A DNA stretch of 64,000 bases from an uncultured Fimbriimonas sp. (GTDB lineage: Bacteria > Armatimonadota > Fimbriimonadia > Fimbriimonadales > Fimbriimonadaceae), in contig CAYYJX010000003.1 in the NCBI GenBank assembly GCA_964471545.1, positions 336 through 64,335 on the forward strand. Direction: 5' to 3'. Numbering within the stretch: the stretch's first letter is position 1; every line of letters begins with the position of its first letter. The notes under the pieces are model-generated. The model did not search any database and was not told where the DNA came from. It was given only the letters and a program-made list of their open reading frames with translations. A program made the translations under genes and the position numbers. Positions 29,977-41,431 of this stretch are shown here, in pieces.

Positions 29977-31074
29977 TTGAAACGCTATCTGGTTCTCGGC
30001 GATGGACAAGTGATCGAAGGCACTGCGCTGGGAGCATCCGGCGTTACGGTAGGCGAAGTCGTCTTCAATACGGGGATGACGGGCTACCAGGAGATCCTTA
30101 CCGATCCTTCCTATTCGGGTCAAATTGTGACCCTCACCTATCCCCTCATCGGCAACTACGGCATCAACGAGGACGACTTCGAGTCGGACCGCATCCAAGC
30201 CTCGGGCCTGATTGTCAAAGAAGCGTGCGACGAGCCGAGTAACTGGCGAAGCACGAAGTCGATCGACAAGCTTTTGAACGAGCGGAACATCGTTGGCATT
30301 CAAGGTCTCGATACCCGGATGCTCACCAAGCGAATCCGTTCTGCCGGTGTAACGATGGGCGCCCTCTGCGACAGTATCGAGCAGGGCCGTCAGGCGCTGG
30401 AGTCTCACCCTGGCTACGGCGAGTCCGACTTTGTTTTCTCTGTCACCACCTCCGCCGCCTACAAGTGGGGTCCCAGTGGCAAGGAAGCAGTTTCCGAGCC
30501 CGATCCAGCGGGTCGACCTCGCCTGGTCGTTCTGGACTGCGGTCTCAAGTTCAACATTCTTCGGCGCTTCTGGAAGGCGGGTTGCCGTCCGATCGTCGTC
30601 CCGGCGACGGCAAGTGTCGATGAGATCATGAGTTGGAAACCGGATGGCATCTTGCTCAGCCCTGGTCCGGGAGATCCTCAACGCCTTGGGCCCGTGATCG
30701 AAACGGTGAAGGGACTCATTGGTCGACGTCCGATTTTCGGTATCTGTCTCGGCAACCAACTTCTCTGCCATGCGGTTGGAGGCGAGACGTTCAAACTCAA
30801 GTTTGGACACCGCGGCAGCAACCATGCGGTGAAGGACCTAGAGACTGGAAAGGTCACCATCACCTCGCAAAACCACGGCTATGCGGTGGATCCAGAATCG
30901 CTCACAGGCACCGCCGCCAAGGTTACGCAGATCAACGTGAACGATGGAACGGTCGAAGGAATTGCTATTCCCGATGCCGACGCCTATAGTATTCAGTACC
31001 ACCCTGAAGCAGCACCCGGCCCGTGGGATAGCCGGCCCTACTTCACTCGGTTTGTGGAATCCATCAGCAAGTAA
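29977..31074 (+). CDS. carA: Carbamoyl-phosphate synthase small subunit
   Basis: GEVVFNTGMTGYQEILTDPSY, DCGLK, LSPGPGDP, FGICLGNQ, FGHRG, SQNHGYAV, QYHPEAAPGP. Confidence 0.96.
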   Translation: MKRYLVLGDGQVIEGTALGASGVTVGEVVFNTGMTGYQEILTDPSYSGQIVTLTYPLIGNYGINEDDFESDRIQASGLIVKEACDEPSNWRSTKSIDKLLNERNIVGIQGLDTRMLTKRIRSAGVTMGALCDSIEQGRQALESHPGYGESDFVFSVTTSAAYKWGPSGKEAVSEPDPAGRPRLVVLDCGLKFNILRRFWKAGCRPIVVPATASVDEIMSWKPDGILLSPGPGDPQRLGPVIETVKGLIGRRPIFGICLGNQLLCHAVGGETFKLKFGHRGSNHAVKDLETGKVTITSQNHGYAVDPESLTGTAAKVTQINVNDGTVEGIAIPDADAYSIQYHPEAAPGPWDSRPYFTRFVESISK

Positions 31075-31101
31075 GCGCGCTAACCGTACACAGGAGTCGG
31101 C

Positions 31102-31449
31102 ATGGCAGGCCCAGAGTTAATTGATAACCCGCTGATTACTTCCCTCGAGGAAGATCTTCTTGGGTCTTTCGGGATGTTCCCGGAGACGATCTACCTTATT
31201 GCCGTAGGCGATGGGAAATATGCGGCGAACAATGCAACTCTGCCAGATGGCCAGTCGGTCAACGGGCTGGCATGCTTCCCCTCTCCAGACGATGCGACCA
31301 CCTACATGGGGATGCTCGCCGGATTAGGGGGCGAGATCCAAAAGAGCACGTTCGAAAAGGCAAGAGAAATTGCCCAGTCCAAGCCTGTGCTGGATGCACT
31401 CTTTCTCTTCGAGGGTGGACGGATTATCGAAGTCCACTTCGTTCGATAA
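31102..31449 (+). CDS. Hypothetical acidic cytoplasmic protein
   Basis: ORF with an AGGAG RBS between carA and a terminator. Confidence 0.65.
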   Translation: MAGPELIDNPLITSLEEDLLGSFGMFPETIYLIAVGDGKYAANNATLPDGQSVNGLACFPSPDDATTYMGMLAGLGGEIQKSTFEKAREIAQSKPVLDALFLFEGGRIIEVHFVR

Positions 31450-31474
31450 CCGTTCCGAGAGCGAAGGCAAAAAC

Positions 31475-31516
31475 AAACAAAGACCCCCAACCGATTCCGG
31501 TTGGGGGTCTTTGTTT
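31475..31516. terminator. Bidirectional terminator
   Basis: AAACAAAGACCCCCAACCG-ATTC-CGGTTGGGGGTCTTTGTTT between convergent genes. Confidence 0.85.
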
Positions 31517-31522
31517 TCTGGG

Positions 31523-31708
31523 TCAGTTGACGTCGCGAGAGTCGCCGGGAGCCTTTGCACCCGGGGGTGCATCTTGCGCCTTGGGCGCCGGAGTGTTCAA
31601 CTCCACCTTCCCATCGTCACCGCCACCGGAGCATCCTGCAACAACCCCACCTGCCAACACAGCAAGCGCAAGCGCCAGGAACCGGGCGTTCTTACAAACC
31701 AGGGACAT
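31523..31708 (-). CDS. Small lipoprotein partner of prepilin cassette 1 (61 aa)
   Basis: [30 protein letters not shown]: lipobox VAGC and a Pro/Lys-rich tail; overlaps the prepilin stop. Confidence 0.7.
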   Translation of the reverse strand: MSLVCKNARFLALALAVLAGGVVAGCSGGGDDGKVELNTPAPKAQDAPPGAKAPGDSRDVN

Positions 31709-32639
31709 CGACGCCTCCGTCAAAGTAGGTCGGGATCTCGAACGTCGCTTGAACGTTGATGTCCGGTCGGAACATGTACGGGTAGCAGCTTTGGCTATCC
31801 CAGTATCGGCCGGCGGCAAAGTTGTCCACGTATCGAGCGAACGGATCGGTTCGAGCGTCGGTTCGCTGGGCAACGTTTCGAGGACCGACACCGATTCGGC
31901 GGAACTTCGTCGAGGTGTCAGCCATGGCGATCACGGTGCCTTGAGCGAAGACCGAGATGCCGCGTCGGCTGGTGTTGGTGGTGTAACCACCCGTTTGACC
32001 GTTCACTGCGCCCGAGCATCCTGCGCGGGTGCCTTGGTATCGGCAGCTGACGACGTTTTGGCTACAAACCAACCAGGGGCTGGCATAGCCTGCGCCGTAG
32101 ATGGAGCGTCGACCATGGCCGTGCCAGTACACGGGCACCGTCGAGGGGCTCTCCATAGCGGTGCCGCTGTACTCGTTCAGAAGACCGTTAATGGTGTAGG
32201 TGACGTTTGCCAATCCAACAGGCTGACCCAAAGAGCCGAAGTAGCCACCCGTGGTGCGAAGTTCGGTACCGGATGGGCACGTGAGAATCTGGATGTTCTT
32301 CACGTACGGCTGGATCGAGTTGTACCAAAACGACTGGACGCCTGCGACTCGCCATGCCGGGTCGGTCACGGGCACTTGCTGAGCAGGCACAGGGATGAAT
32401 CGGTTCCAGTTGTATCCACCGAGCGGATCGCCAAAGACGTGTGCAAGCGGATACACGTCATCGGTGTCTGCCATGTAGATCTGGGTGGCGGTTCCAAGGT
32501 TTTTGAGGTTGGAAATCGATTGGGTCTTCTTGGCTGCATCCTTCGCTTGGGCAAATACCGGGAAAAGGATGGCGGCCAAGATCGCGATGATCGCGATCAC
32601 GACAAGGAGTTCGATGAGAGTAAACGCACGTCGTAACAT
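31692..32639 (-). CDS. Prepilin-type N-terminal cleavage/methylation protein (DUF1559-like) 1
   Basis: [31 protein letters not shown]...SNLKNLG; C-terminal AMADTSTKF. Confidence 0.9.
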   Translation of the reverse strand: MLRRAFTLIELLVVIAIIAILAAILFPVFAQAKDAAKKTQSISNLKNLGTATQIYMADTDDVYPLAHVFGDPLGGYNWNRFIPVPAQQVPVTDPAWRVAGVQSFWYNSIQPYVKNIQILTCPSGTELRTTGGYFGSLGQPVGLANVTYTINGLLNEYSGTAMESPSTVPVYWHGHGRRSIYGAGYASPWLVCSQNVVSCRYQGTRAGCSGAVNGQTGGYTTNTSRRGISVFAQGTVIAMADTSTKFRRIGVGPRNVAQRTDARTDPFARYVDNFAAGRYWDSQSCYPYMFRPDINVQATFEIPTYFDGGVDVPGL

Positions 32640-32863
32640 GGTCGTCCAAAACATCCGGCCTTGCCGGAATTGCATCAAAGATACGAAAGCAAAAGGGGGT
32701 TTCGGAGGGGGTCTAGGCGGTCGTTAAGCAAAGGATGTTAACGAACCCCGTTCGTTTAGCATTTCCTCTCAATAAAAATCTCGTTACGCTTGCAAAAAAC
32801 TTCCCGTATCATTAACAGATCGTTAGGAGTTTTAGCAAAACGACTCAACGAATTGAAGTTGAA

Positions 32864-33856
32864 ATGAAACCAAGACGCGCATTCACGCTCATCGAGTTGC
32901 TGGTCGTTATTGCCATCATCGCGATCCTCGCCGCCATTCTCTTCCCTGTCTTCGCCCAAGCAAAGACTGCGGCAAAAAAGACCTCCGCTCTTTCGAATAT
33001 CAAACAGACGGCCACCTCGATCGCTATTTACAGTGCCGATCAGGACGACAATCTACCGTCCGCCTACGCTTTCGATCAAAACGGAACAATGTTGATGGGT
33101 CCGACCGGTCCCGATCCGTATCACCTCGCCTCGGTTCCCGCCGGTTGGGGCGTCAACGCACCGTGGGCATCGGCAGATGCGGTGCACTGGGTGAACAGCA
33201 CGTTTCCGTACATGAAGAACTACGATCTTCATAACAACGCGTTCACGACTCTCTACACGTCTGGCTTCAACTACGCGACCGCCCCGGCGAATCTCCCGGT
33301 GATCAGCCACTCGATGAACGGGCTGTTGAGCAACTACAGCGGCACTGCGATCACGGCTCCGTCTCGAACCCCACTCATCGTCATGGGCAATGGGCGCGAG
33401 GCCTACCGAGGTTATGCATACACCAACCCAATCATGAGGTGCGACGCTCAAGGTGCCGTAGGCGCTCCAGCGGCTCCTTGTCGGTTCAACCCTGGCGGCG
33501 TTCCCCAGGCCGGAATGACTCGAGCCCTTTCCTTGAGAATGGACACCTACGAGTTCACGTTCAATGCCGGTCTTGATACGACTTGGGTAACGGGTGACGG
33601 TTGGATCGTTGGCTTCGCGGATACGTCGGCGAAGTTTGTCAAACAGCCTCAGCAAGGAACGAACACCGGCAACTACTCCCAGCCCGGCTACATCTACACC
33701 CTCGGACGAAACGGAAATACCACCGGCGGATACCTCGACACTCCCTTGCGATGTCGATTTGGAACCGGAGCGTTCTATCAAAGCTACTTCCGACCAGACG
33801 TAGACGCGAACTACGCTTTCGGCTCGACGGGAATGGCCGTTCAGTGCGGGCAATAA
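32864..33856 (+). CDS. Prepilin-type N-terminal cleavage/methylation protein (DUF1559-like) 2
   Basis: [31 protein letters not shown]...SNIKQ; C-terminal GFADTSAKF. Confidence 0.9.
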   Translation: MKPRRAFTLIELLVVIAIIAILAAILFPVFAQAKTAAKKTSALSNIKQTATSIAIYSADQDDNLPSAYAFDQNGTMLMGPTGPDPYHLASVPAGWGVNAPWASADAVHWVNSTFPYMKNYDLHNNAFTTLYTSGFNYATAPANLPVISHSMNGLLSNYSGTAITAPSRTPLIVMGNGREAYRGYAYTNPIMRCDAQGAVGAPAAPCRFNPGGVPQAGMTRALSLRMDTYEFTFNAGLDTTWVTGDGWIVGFADTSAKFVKQPQQGTNTGNYSQPGYIYTLGRNGNTTGGYLDTPLRCRFGTGAFYQSYFRPDVDANYAFGSTGMAVQCGQ

Positions 33857-33861
33857 CGACC

Positions 33862-34044
33862 ATGCGAGAACTGAAAACCCTCTTGATCCTGGTTGGTCTT
33901 TGCTTTGCAGGCGCTCTGTTGGCGGGATGCGGAAGCGATACGCCTCCGCCGAACGCGGCAGGACCGGAAGCAAACACAAACAAGGAATACACGAAAGAAG
34001 ACGCAGCGGCGGCAAAGCCGAAGCGAAACGGTAGCGGCGAGTAA
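33862..34044 (+). CDS. Small lipoprotein partner of prepilin cassette 2 (60 aa)
   Basis: [25 protein letters not shown]: lipobox LAGC; ATG 5 nt after the prepilin stop. Confidence 0.72.
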   Translation: MRELKTLLILVGLCFAGALLAGCGSDTPPPNAAGPEANTNKEYTKEDAAAAKPKRNGSGE

Positions 34045-34059
34045 TTCGCCCGTTCTCCG

Positions 34060-34094
34060 AAGCCTCCCGATTTCGATGATCGGGGGGCTTTTTT
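34060..34094 (+). terminator. Rho-independent terminator of cassette 2
   Basis: AAGCCTCCCGAT-TTCGATG-ATCGGGGGGCTT plus TTTT. Confidence 0.8.
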
Positions 34095-34144
34095 GTTCGT
34101 GCCCCGGAATCGTCTCTACTCACCCGGTAGACTGCTTTTTTAGA

Positions 34145-35824
<1,680 letters not shown>

Positions 35825-35839
35825 CGGAAGGAGGCCTTT

Positions 35840-36937
35840 TTGAGCAACCCTGCGCTGGATCGAAGTGAGGTCCGAGCCGACTACCATCGGCTCCTCCTTG
35901 CTTGGTTCGATAAGCATCAGCGCGATCTTCCCTGGCGCAAAACGAAGGATCCCTACGCCATTTGGGTGAGCGAGATCATGCTTCAGCAAACTCAGGTCGC
36001 AACCGTGATTCCCTACTATGAACGGTGGCTTGCCGCCTTCCCCACCGTTTCCGACCTTGCTCATGCCGATGAGCAACACGTGCTCGCCCTCTGGCAGGGT
36101 CTCGGCTACTATCGACGAGCAAAACTGCTGCATGCTGGAGCGAAACAAGTCGCGGAAACGGGCATTCCCGCCGATGCCCCCGGGTGGCGAGGAGTACCGG
36201 GAGTGGGTCGGTATACTGCCGGGGCGATCACCTCGATCGCGTTGAATCTACAGGAGCCGTTGGTAGACGGCAACGTGGAACGCGTTTACGCCCGCCTCAC
36301 CGGAGACGGGTCACCTGCCAAGGAACTCACCGCCGCCGCTTGGAAATGGGCGGGGAAACTGGTTCCCTCCGATCGTCCTGGAGATTGGAATCAGGCACTC
36401 ATGGAGCTTGGCGCAACCGTTTGCAAGCCCGACCGCGCCGACTGCGATCGATGTCCACTCGTTTCTAAATGTGTCGCGCATGCTCGAAACGAAACGACAC
36501 GATTCCCGACACCCAAGCCCAAGGCGAAGACGGTGAAATTGGAACACGAGTTTTGGGTTGTTCGCCGGTGGGAGGCCGGAGCCGCACGGTACGCCATCGA
36601 ACAGATCGGACCCGATACCTATCAAAGCGACTCTAGCGAAGAAAAAGGACGCTGGTGGGAAGGTATGTGGCAGTTCCTGCGGGTCGGTCCCGAGGGTGCT
36701 CCGGAAAGACTTTTGCCTTTCAAGGACGAGCTTTGGCCCGTTGCCTTAGGTTCGTTTACCCACGCGGTGACTCACCATCGGATCACCGTGAGCGCCATGC
36801 TGGTAGACCTCCCGGATGCTTTCGCCCTCGAACCTCTCGCTTCTGTCCGCTGGATTTCCCCAGCGGAGATCGATGGGGTCGCGCTCCCGGCGCCCCAGCG
36901 AAAGATCCTTTCTCTGCTCGACCGCTCCCGTTCGTAG
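35840..36937 (+). CDS. mutY: A/G-specific adenine glycosylase
   Basis: RDLPWR, WVSEIMLQQTQV, WQGLGYY, GVGRYTA, VDGNVERV, NQALMELGA, CKPDRADCDRCPLVSKC Fe-S motif. Confidence 0.95.
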   Translation: MSNPALDRSEVRADYHRLLLAWFDKHQRDLPWRKTKDPYAIWVSEIMLQQTQVATVIPYYERWLAAFPTVSDLAHADEQHVLALWQGLGYYRRAKLLHAGAKQVAETGIPADAPGWRGVPGVGRYTAGAITSIALNLQEPLVDGNVERVYARLTGDGSPAKELTAAAWKWAGKLVPSDRPGDWNQALMELGATVCKPDRADCDRCPLVSKCVAHARNETTRFPTPKPKAKTVKLEHEFWVVRRWEAGAARYAIEQIGPDTYQSDSSEEKGRWWEGMWQFLRVGPEGAPERLLPFKDELWPVALGSFTHAVTHHRITVSAMLVDLPDAFALEPLASVRWISPAEIDGVALPAPQRKILSLLDRSRS

Positions 36938-36971
36938 GTCCTCTTCGGCACATCAGCCAAAATAAGAGGTC

Positions 36972-38234
36972 ATGAAATTTCAAGCTCCACGAGGCACCGA
37001 GGACATCCTGCCCTCTCAGTCCGCCATTTGGCAGACGCTGGAGCATCATTTTCAGACCCTGGTCGAAAAGTTTGGCTACGCCGAGATTCGCACCCCTGCC
37101 TTTGAAGACTCCGACCTTTTCCGCCGAACGGCGGGTGAAGCCAGCGACATCGTCACCAAGGAGATGTACGACTTCAAGGATAAGGGGGATCGAAACGTCA
37201 CTTTGAAGCCAGAAGGAACGGCTCCGGCAATGCGTGCCGTGATCCAATACGCACTTTGCCCTCCAGGCAACCACCTGCGCCTTTGGTATCTCACCCCGTT
37301 CTTCCGATACGGCCGACCCGCACGGGGTCGATGGCGACAAGCCCACCAGCTCGGCTGCGAACTGCTCGGCTCCAGCAACGCCCAAGCCGATGCGGAAGTC
37401 TTGGAGATTGCCATGACGTTCATGGCGCAAATCGGCCTGGGCGACGAGCCCGTGATGATCAATTCGATCGGTCGTGAAGAGTGTCGCGCCAAATATCGAG
37501 AGGTTGTTCTCGAACACATGGCGTCCTACCTTGCCGACCAAGAGGCAGACGCACGCGCGCTTGCGGAGAAGAACCCGCTCGGACTGCTGGACAGCAAAGA
37601 CCCCAAAGCGAAGGAAGCCTTGGTGGGCCTCGCTCCGATCACCGACTTTCTGGAAGACGACTCCAAAGCGCGATTCGAGAGCCTGCAAGAGCTGCTCACC
37701 GAAGCTGAGGTTCCTTACAAGGTGGCTCCGTACGTGGTGCGTGGTTTGGACTATTACACCGAAACGGTGTTCGAGTTCGAATCCAAACATCTGGAAGGGC
37801 TCAGCCTGTTTGGTGGCGGTCGGTACGACAATCTTGTGAAGGAAATCGGCGGCCCGGCGACTCCATGCGTAGGATTCGGGATCGGCGTTGAGCGCGTCAT
37901 CCTAGCGTTGGAAGCATTGAACAAGCTCCCGAAAACCAAGGGTCCGGACGTGTTCGTGGTGGCAGCCACCGGCGATGCGGGCGACTACTGCCGGAAGTTG
38001 GTTCGAGACCTTCGCGCCCAAGGTTTTCGAGTGGATTGGGACGTCGACAACCGCAGTTTCAAATCTCAGCTAAGGCAAGCGGATAAAAGCACCGCGCCGT
38101 TTGCCGTTCTTGTCGGCACCGAGGAGATCGAAACCGAAACACTGAAGGTGCGTCATCTGAATAAAGGTGAGCAGCGCGAGATTCCGCAACACGAATTGAG
38201 CGCAGTTTTGCGCACGTGGGATTCTGCAGAGTAG
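36972..38234 (+). CDS. hisS: Histidine--tRNA ligase
   Basis: PRGTEDILP, KEMY, LKPEGTA, RGLDYY, GGGRYD, GFGIGVER, C-terminal anticodon-binding domain. Confidence 0.9.
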   Translation: MKFQAPRGTEDILPSQSAIWQTLEHHFQTLVEKFGYAEIRTPAFEDSDLFRRTAGEASDIVTKEMYDFKDKGDRNVTLKPEGTAPAMRAVIQYALCPPGNHLRLWYLTPFFRYGRPARGRWRQAHQLGCELLGSSNAQADAEVLEIAMTFMAQIGLGDEPVMINSIGREECRAKYREVVLEHMASYLADQEADARALAEKNPLGLLDSKDPKAKEALVGLAPITDFLEDDSKARFESLQELLTEAEVPYKVAPYVVRGLDYYTETVFEFESKHLEGLSLFGGGRYDNLVKEIGGPATPCVGFGIGVERVILALEALNKLPKTKGPDVFVVAATGDAGDYCRKLVRDLRAQGFRVDWDVDNRSFKSQLRQADKSTAPFAVLVGTEEIETETLKVRHLNKGEQREIPQHELSAVLRTWDSAE

Positions 38235-38236
38235 AG

Positions 38237-39118
38237 ATGACGAAGGTCGCCTTAGGAACCGTGTTGGCATTGGGCCTTGGCACCTTGAGTGCCGCGCAAA
38301 GCGCGGATGTCCAGTTCAAAGGCGACCTCACCCTCTCTTTTCTCTCTCAGGCGAAGACTTCTCCGAACGTGGTTTCCTACCACCCGCTCGGACGTTACTC
38401 GCTGTTTGGGCTCAAGATTCTTACCGAGCCTGGGTTCACCGCAACGCTCACGCAGCGCGTTCAGCGCTTTGAGAACGACGCGGATCCGGATAGCTTCGAC
38501 GAAGCCTACATTGAAGACGAGGGGATCTGGAGGATCGGTAAACAGTACCTACCGTTCGGCGCAAAGACTCTTTTTCGTGAAACCGCTCTGGCCATTCGGG
38601 GCGATAACGACTTGCTGCTGGAAGGGATTCCCATTGCCGTTGCTTTCGTTGGAAATGGAACCGATCGACAAAGTGGAGTGGTCGGGCGCCTGGGTCGCCC
38701 CGAGTTCGGGTTTAGCGTCGCCATCGGTCGCCACTTTGGCATCAACGGAACGGCCCTAACGCCTATTCGCCGGGTCTCGGACTCTCCAGGTAGAGGACGT
38801 GGCTGGAGAGAGGCGTACGCGTTGGACGGGCGATGGAGAGCGGGCAATTTCGGCGGCAGGTTTGAAGGGCTCGTCCTTCGCAGGCCGGAATCGGACCTTG
38901 ACGATGAACTCAGTATCATCGACCTTCAATCCGACTTCGACCTGGATCGTAAGGCGACGGTGAGCCTGGGATTCACAAGAGTTTTTGAATCAACGGACTT
39001 CATCACCCGAGTCTCGTTTCTTTACCGACTGTCTCGCGGCTTTACCTTGGAAGGAATGGTCCGGGAGAACGATGGTAGGTTCGTGGATCTCTCCTTCGGG
39101 ATTCGAGTGAAGTTCTAA
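38237..39118 (+). CDS. Predicted outer-membrane beta-barrel protein
   Basis: Signal peptide, alternating amphipathic strands, C-terminal GIRVKF ending in Phe. Confidence 0.6.
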   Translation: MTKVALGTVLALGLGTLSAAQSADVQFKGDLTLSFLSQAKTSPNVVSYHPLGRYSLFGLKILTEPGFTATLTQRVQRFENDADPDSFDEAYIEDEGIWRIGKQYLPFGAKTLFRETALAIRGDNDLLLEGIPIAVAFVGNGTDRQSGVVGRLGRPEFGFSVAIGRHFGINGTALTPIRRVSDSPGRGRGWREAYALDGRWRAGNFGGRFEGLVLRRPESDLDDELSIIDLQSDFDLDRKATVSLGFTRVFESTDFITRVSFLYRLSRGFTLEGMVRENDGRFVDLSFGIRVKF

Positions 39119-39170
39119 ACGCACTCGCTCGTAAGAACGTACAATTCAGTCAGCCCGGGATGCCTAAACG

Positions 39171-39806
39171 ATGATCTCTTTTGCCCTTCTGTTGATCGTG
39201 GTGATATTGGTCGCCCTAGGAATCGCGTTCTTTGCTACGACAGGAATCCTGAGCCGGACGAGCAAGAAGGGTCAGACCCCTCTCTCATCGGATGGCTTGA
39301 GTGTCGATTCGGTCGCGCTGTTCCGCCCTATCCAGCGTCTGGGACGCGAGATTGAAGAGGTTGTCAGCTCAGACGGCTCTCTTGCCGCAGTCCGATCCAT
39401 GGCACAAACGGAGGTGCGTCGCATTGAAGAGCAGGTGTTGAAAGCGCTCAACAACCGAGATCATCTCCGGTCCAGTATTCGAGATCAAGCTTCCGCAGAA
39501 GCGGACATGGAGCGACTGGAGAAACTTCTGCAAGGCGATCTTTCGCCGTCTGAACGGTCCTCTTACGAGAGCGCACTCGCGGCACGAAAGACGGAGGTCC
39601 AACACTATCACAAAGCCCGTGAAGCGATGGGATCCATTGAGGACTCCGTTCGCCACGCCCAGGCGGCACTTTCCGAACTGAAGGCCAAACTCACCGCGGC
39701 CAAGTTGGAGCCCGCTACAGGCGCGGCGGATAACGATCTGCGAGAAACGTTGGGGCAGCTTCAATCGTTCTCGGTGACCGTTGACGAGGTTAAGAACCTC
39801 CTCTGA
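39171..39806 (+). CDS. Membrane-anchored coiled-coil hypothetical protein
   Basis: N-terminal TM helix followed by long helical heptad-like segments. Confidence 0.65.
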   Translation: MISFALLLIVVILVALGIAFFATTGILSRTSKKGQTPLSSDGLSVDSVALFRPIQRLGREIEEVVSSDGSLAAVRSMAQTEVRRIEEQVLKALNNRDHLRSSIRDQASAEADMERLEKLLQGDLSPSERSSYESALAARKTEVQHYHKAREAMGSIEDSVRHAQAALSELKAKLTAAKLEPATGAADNDLRETLGQLQSFSVTVDEVKNLL

Positions 39807-39847
39807 TCTTGTCCACCTGCCTTCTTGAGGGATACTGAGAGAATCCA

Positions 39848-40282
39848 ATGAGTGAAGTAAAGCGAGCAATCAACTACGGACGAGCCATGGTCGGTCATTT
39901 CAAACAGGAATGGGACCGGATCTCCGCCGTCGATGCGATTGACGCCGAGCGGGAGCTGAATGAGGCCCTAGAGGGTCCGGTTGCGACTAAAACTCCCACC
40001 GCAACCCCGGCAACCCCTGCCCCTTCCCAGCCCGATGCTCAACTACCGCCTATCGACCAGGCACGCAAAATTTTGGGCGTCACCGCGGAGACGGGCTTCT
40101 CTGAAACGAAAAAGATTTACGAGCGCATTCTTAAGCGCGCCGATCCAACTCGGTTTCCAGAGGGATCGTTGGAAGCGGCTCAAGCGGCAACCTTGCGGCG
40201 TCGCGTGGAGTGGGCCTATCACGTCATCGCGGAATCCGTCGATGCAACCGAGCGACGTTTCGGATCGCTCGAAATCGACTAA
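39848..40282 (+). CDS. J-domain-like protein lacking HPD
   Basis: ARKILGV...TKKIYERILKRADPTRF...RRVEWAYHVI aligns with the J-domain helices. Confidence 0.6.
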   Translation: MSEVKRAINYGRAMVGHFKQEWDRISAVDAIDAERELNEALEGPVATKTPTATPATPAPSQPDAQLPPIDQARKILGVTAETGFSETKKIYERILKRADPTRFPEGSLEAAQAATLRRRVEWAYHVIAESVDATERRFGSLEID

Positions 40283-40331
40283 AAGCCCGCGGACGGGTGC
40301 AGGTTTTCCCTACCCGGCGTAGACTGATTCC

Positions 40332-41336
40332 ATGGAATTCCGCACGCTAGGACGGACGGGCATTCAGGTGTCCGTGAGCTGCATGGGCACCATGACCTAC
40401 GGCTGGGAACCTCAAGATTGGGGTTCGGAAGAGGAAGCCGCGATCAAAATCACCCATCGGGCACTCGATCTGGGGATCAACTTCTTCGATACCGCCGACG
40501 TGTACGCTCGGGGCGTTAGCGAGACCATTCTAGGGAAAGCCCTGAAAGGCATTCAACGGTCTTCGTACGTGCTGGCGACCAAAGCCCACGGCAAGATGCA
40601 CGATACCGACGTGAATGCTTGGGGCAATACCCGCAAGCACATCATGGAGGCGTGCGACGCTTCCCTTCAGCGCCTCGGGGTCGACTACATCGACTTGTAT
40701 CAAATTCATCGCCCACAACCGGAAGTAGGCATCGACGAGACCCTTCGCGCGCTGGAAGATCTGATTCGCGCGGGAAAGATTCATTACGCGGGTTGCTCCA
40801 CCTTCGCCGCGTGGCAAGTTTGTGAAGCCCACTACGTGGCTAAAGAGCTAGGAGCCCGTGGGTTTGTGACCGAGCAACCTCCGTACAACCTCTTGGATCG
40901 CCGGATTGAGCGAGAACTCCTTCCGTTTCTCAAGAGCTACAACTACGGCGTCATTCCTTGGTCGCCCCTTGCAGGAGGCATCCTCAGCGGAAAGTATTTG
41001 GACAGCGACGCAAAGGGTTCCCGATACGCTTCTAGCGACCCCATGGGCAGGTTGAAGAACGCTCCCGTTCCTAAGCTACGAAAGCTGAAAGCTCTTGCTG
41101 AGAAGAACGGAATGTCGATGGCGACCCTCTCCCTCGCTTGGGTTGCCAACCAACCGGGCATCACGTCACCGATCATCGGCGCACGCTCGGTCGAGCAACT
41201 GGAAGAATCGGTGAAGGCGACGATGGTGAAGCTGGAGCCACGAATCTTGAACAAGATCGACGAAATCTTCGAGCCGGGTTCGCACCATGTCGAATACTAC
41301 CGGGCAAACTTCGGTCCGAACGCTCGGCCCAACTAA
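40332..41336 (+). CDS. Aldo/keto reductase
   Basis: MGTMTYG, FFDTADVY, LATK, DYIDLYQIH, EQPPYNLL, WSPLAGG, PIIGA. Confidence 0.93.
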   Translation: MEFRTLGRTGIQVSVSCMGTMTYGWEPQDWGSEEEAAIKITHRALDLGINFFDTADVYARGVSETILGKALKGIQRSSYVLATKAHGKMHDTDVNAWGNTRKHIMEACDASLQRLGVDYIDLYQIHRPQPEVGIDETLRALEDLIRAGKIHYAGCSTFAAWQVCEAHYVAKELGARGFVTEQPPYNLLDRRIERELLPFLKSYNYGVIPWSPLAGGILSGKYLDSDAKGSRYASSDPMGRLKNAPVPKLRKLKALAEKNGMSMATLSLAWVANQPGITSPIIGARSVEQLEESVKATMVKLEPRILNKIDEIFEPGSHHVEYYRANFGPNARPN

Positions 41337-41361
41337 CCATGCGCCCAATCGCCCCGAGACG

Positions 41362-41388
41362 CCCCGAGTGAAATCACTCGGGGTTTTT
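41362..41388 (+). terminator. Rho-independent terminator
   Basis: CCCCGAGTGA-AA-TCACTCGGGG plus TTTTT. Confidence 0.8.
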
Positions 41389-41431
41389 CGTTGTATCTTC
41401 CCATCCCCAACCTCGGTAAAGTGAGAGCAGG

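Noticed and set aside
32742-32754. LexA (Cheo) box CGAAC...GTTCG
   Set aside because: The spacer is 3 nt rather than the required 4; kept only as a generic palindrome.
32590-32960. Invertible phase-variation switch between the divergent prepilins
   Set aside because: The 5' coding regions differ at most synonymous sites (longest identical run about 12 bp), and no recombinase is nearby.
36972-38234. HisZ instead of HisS
   Set aside because: GLDYY, GGGRYD and the C-terminal anticodon-binding domain are all present.
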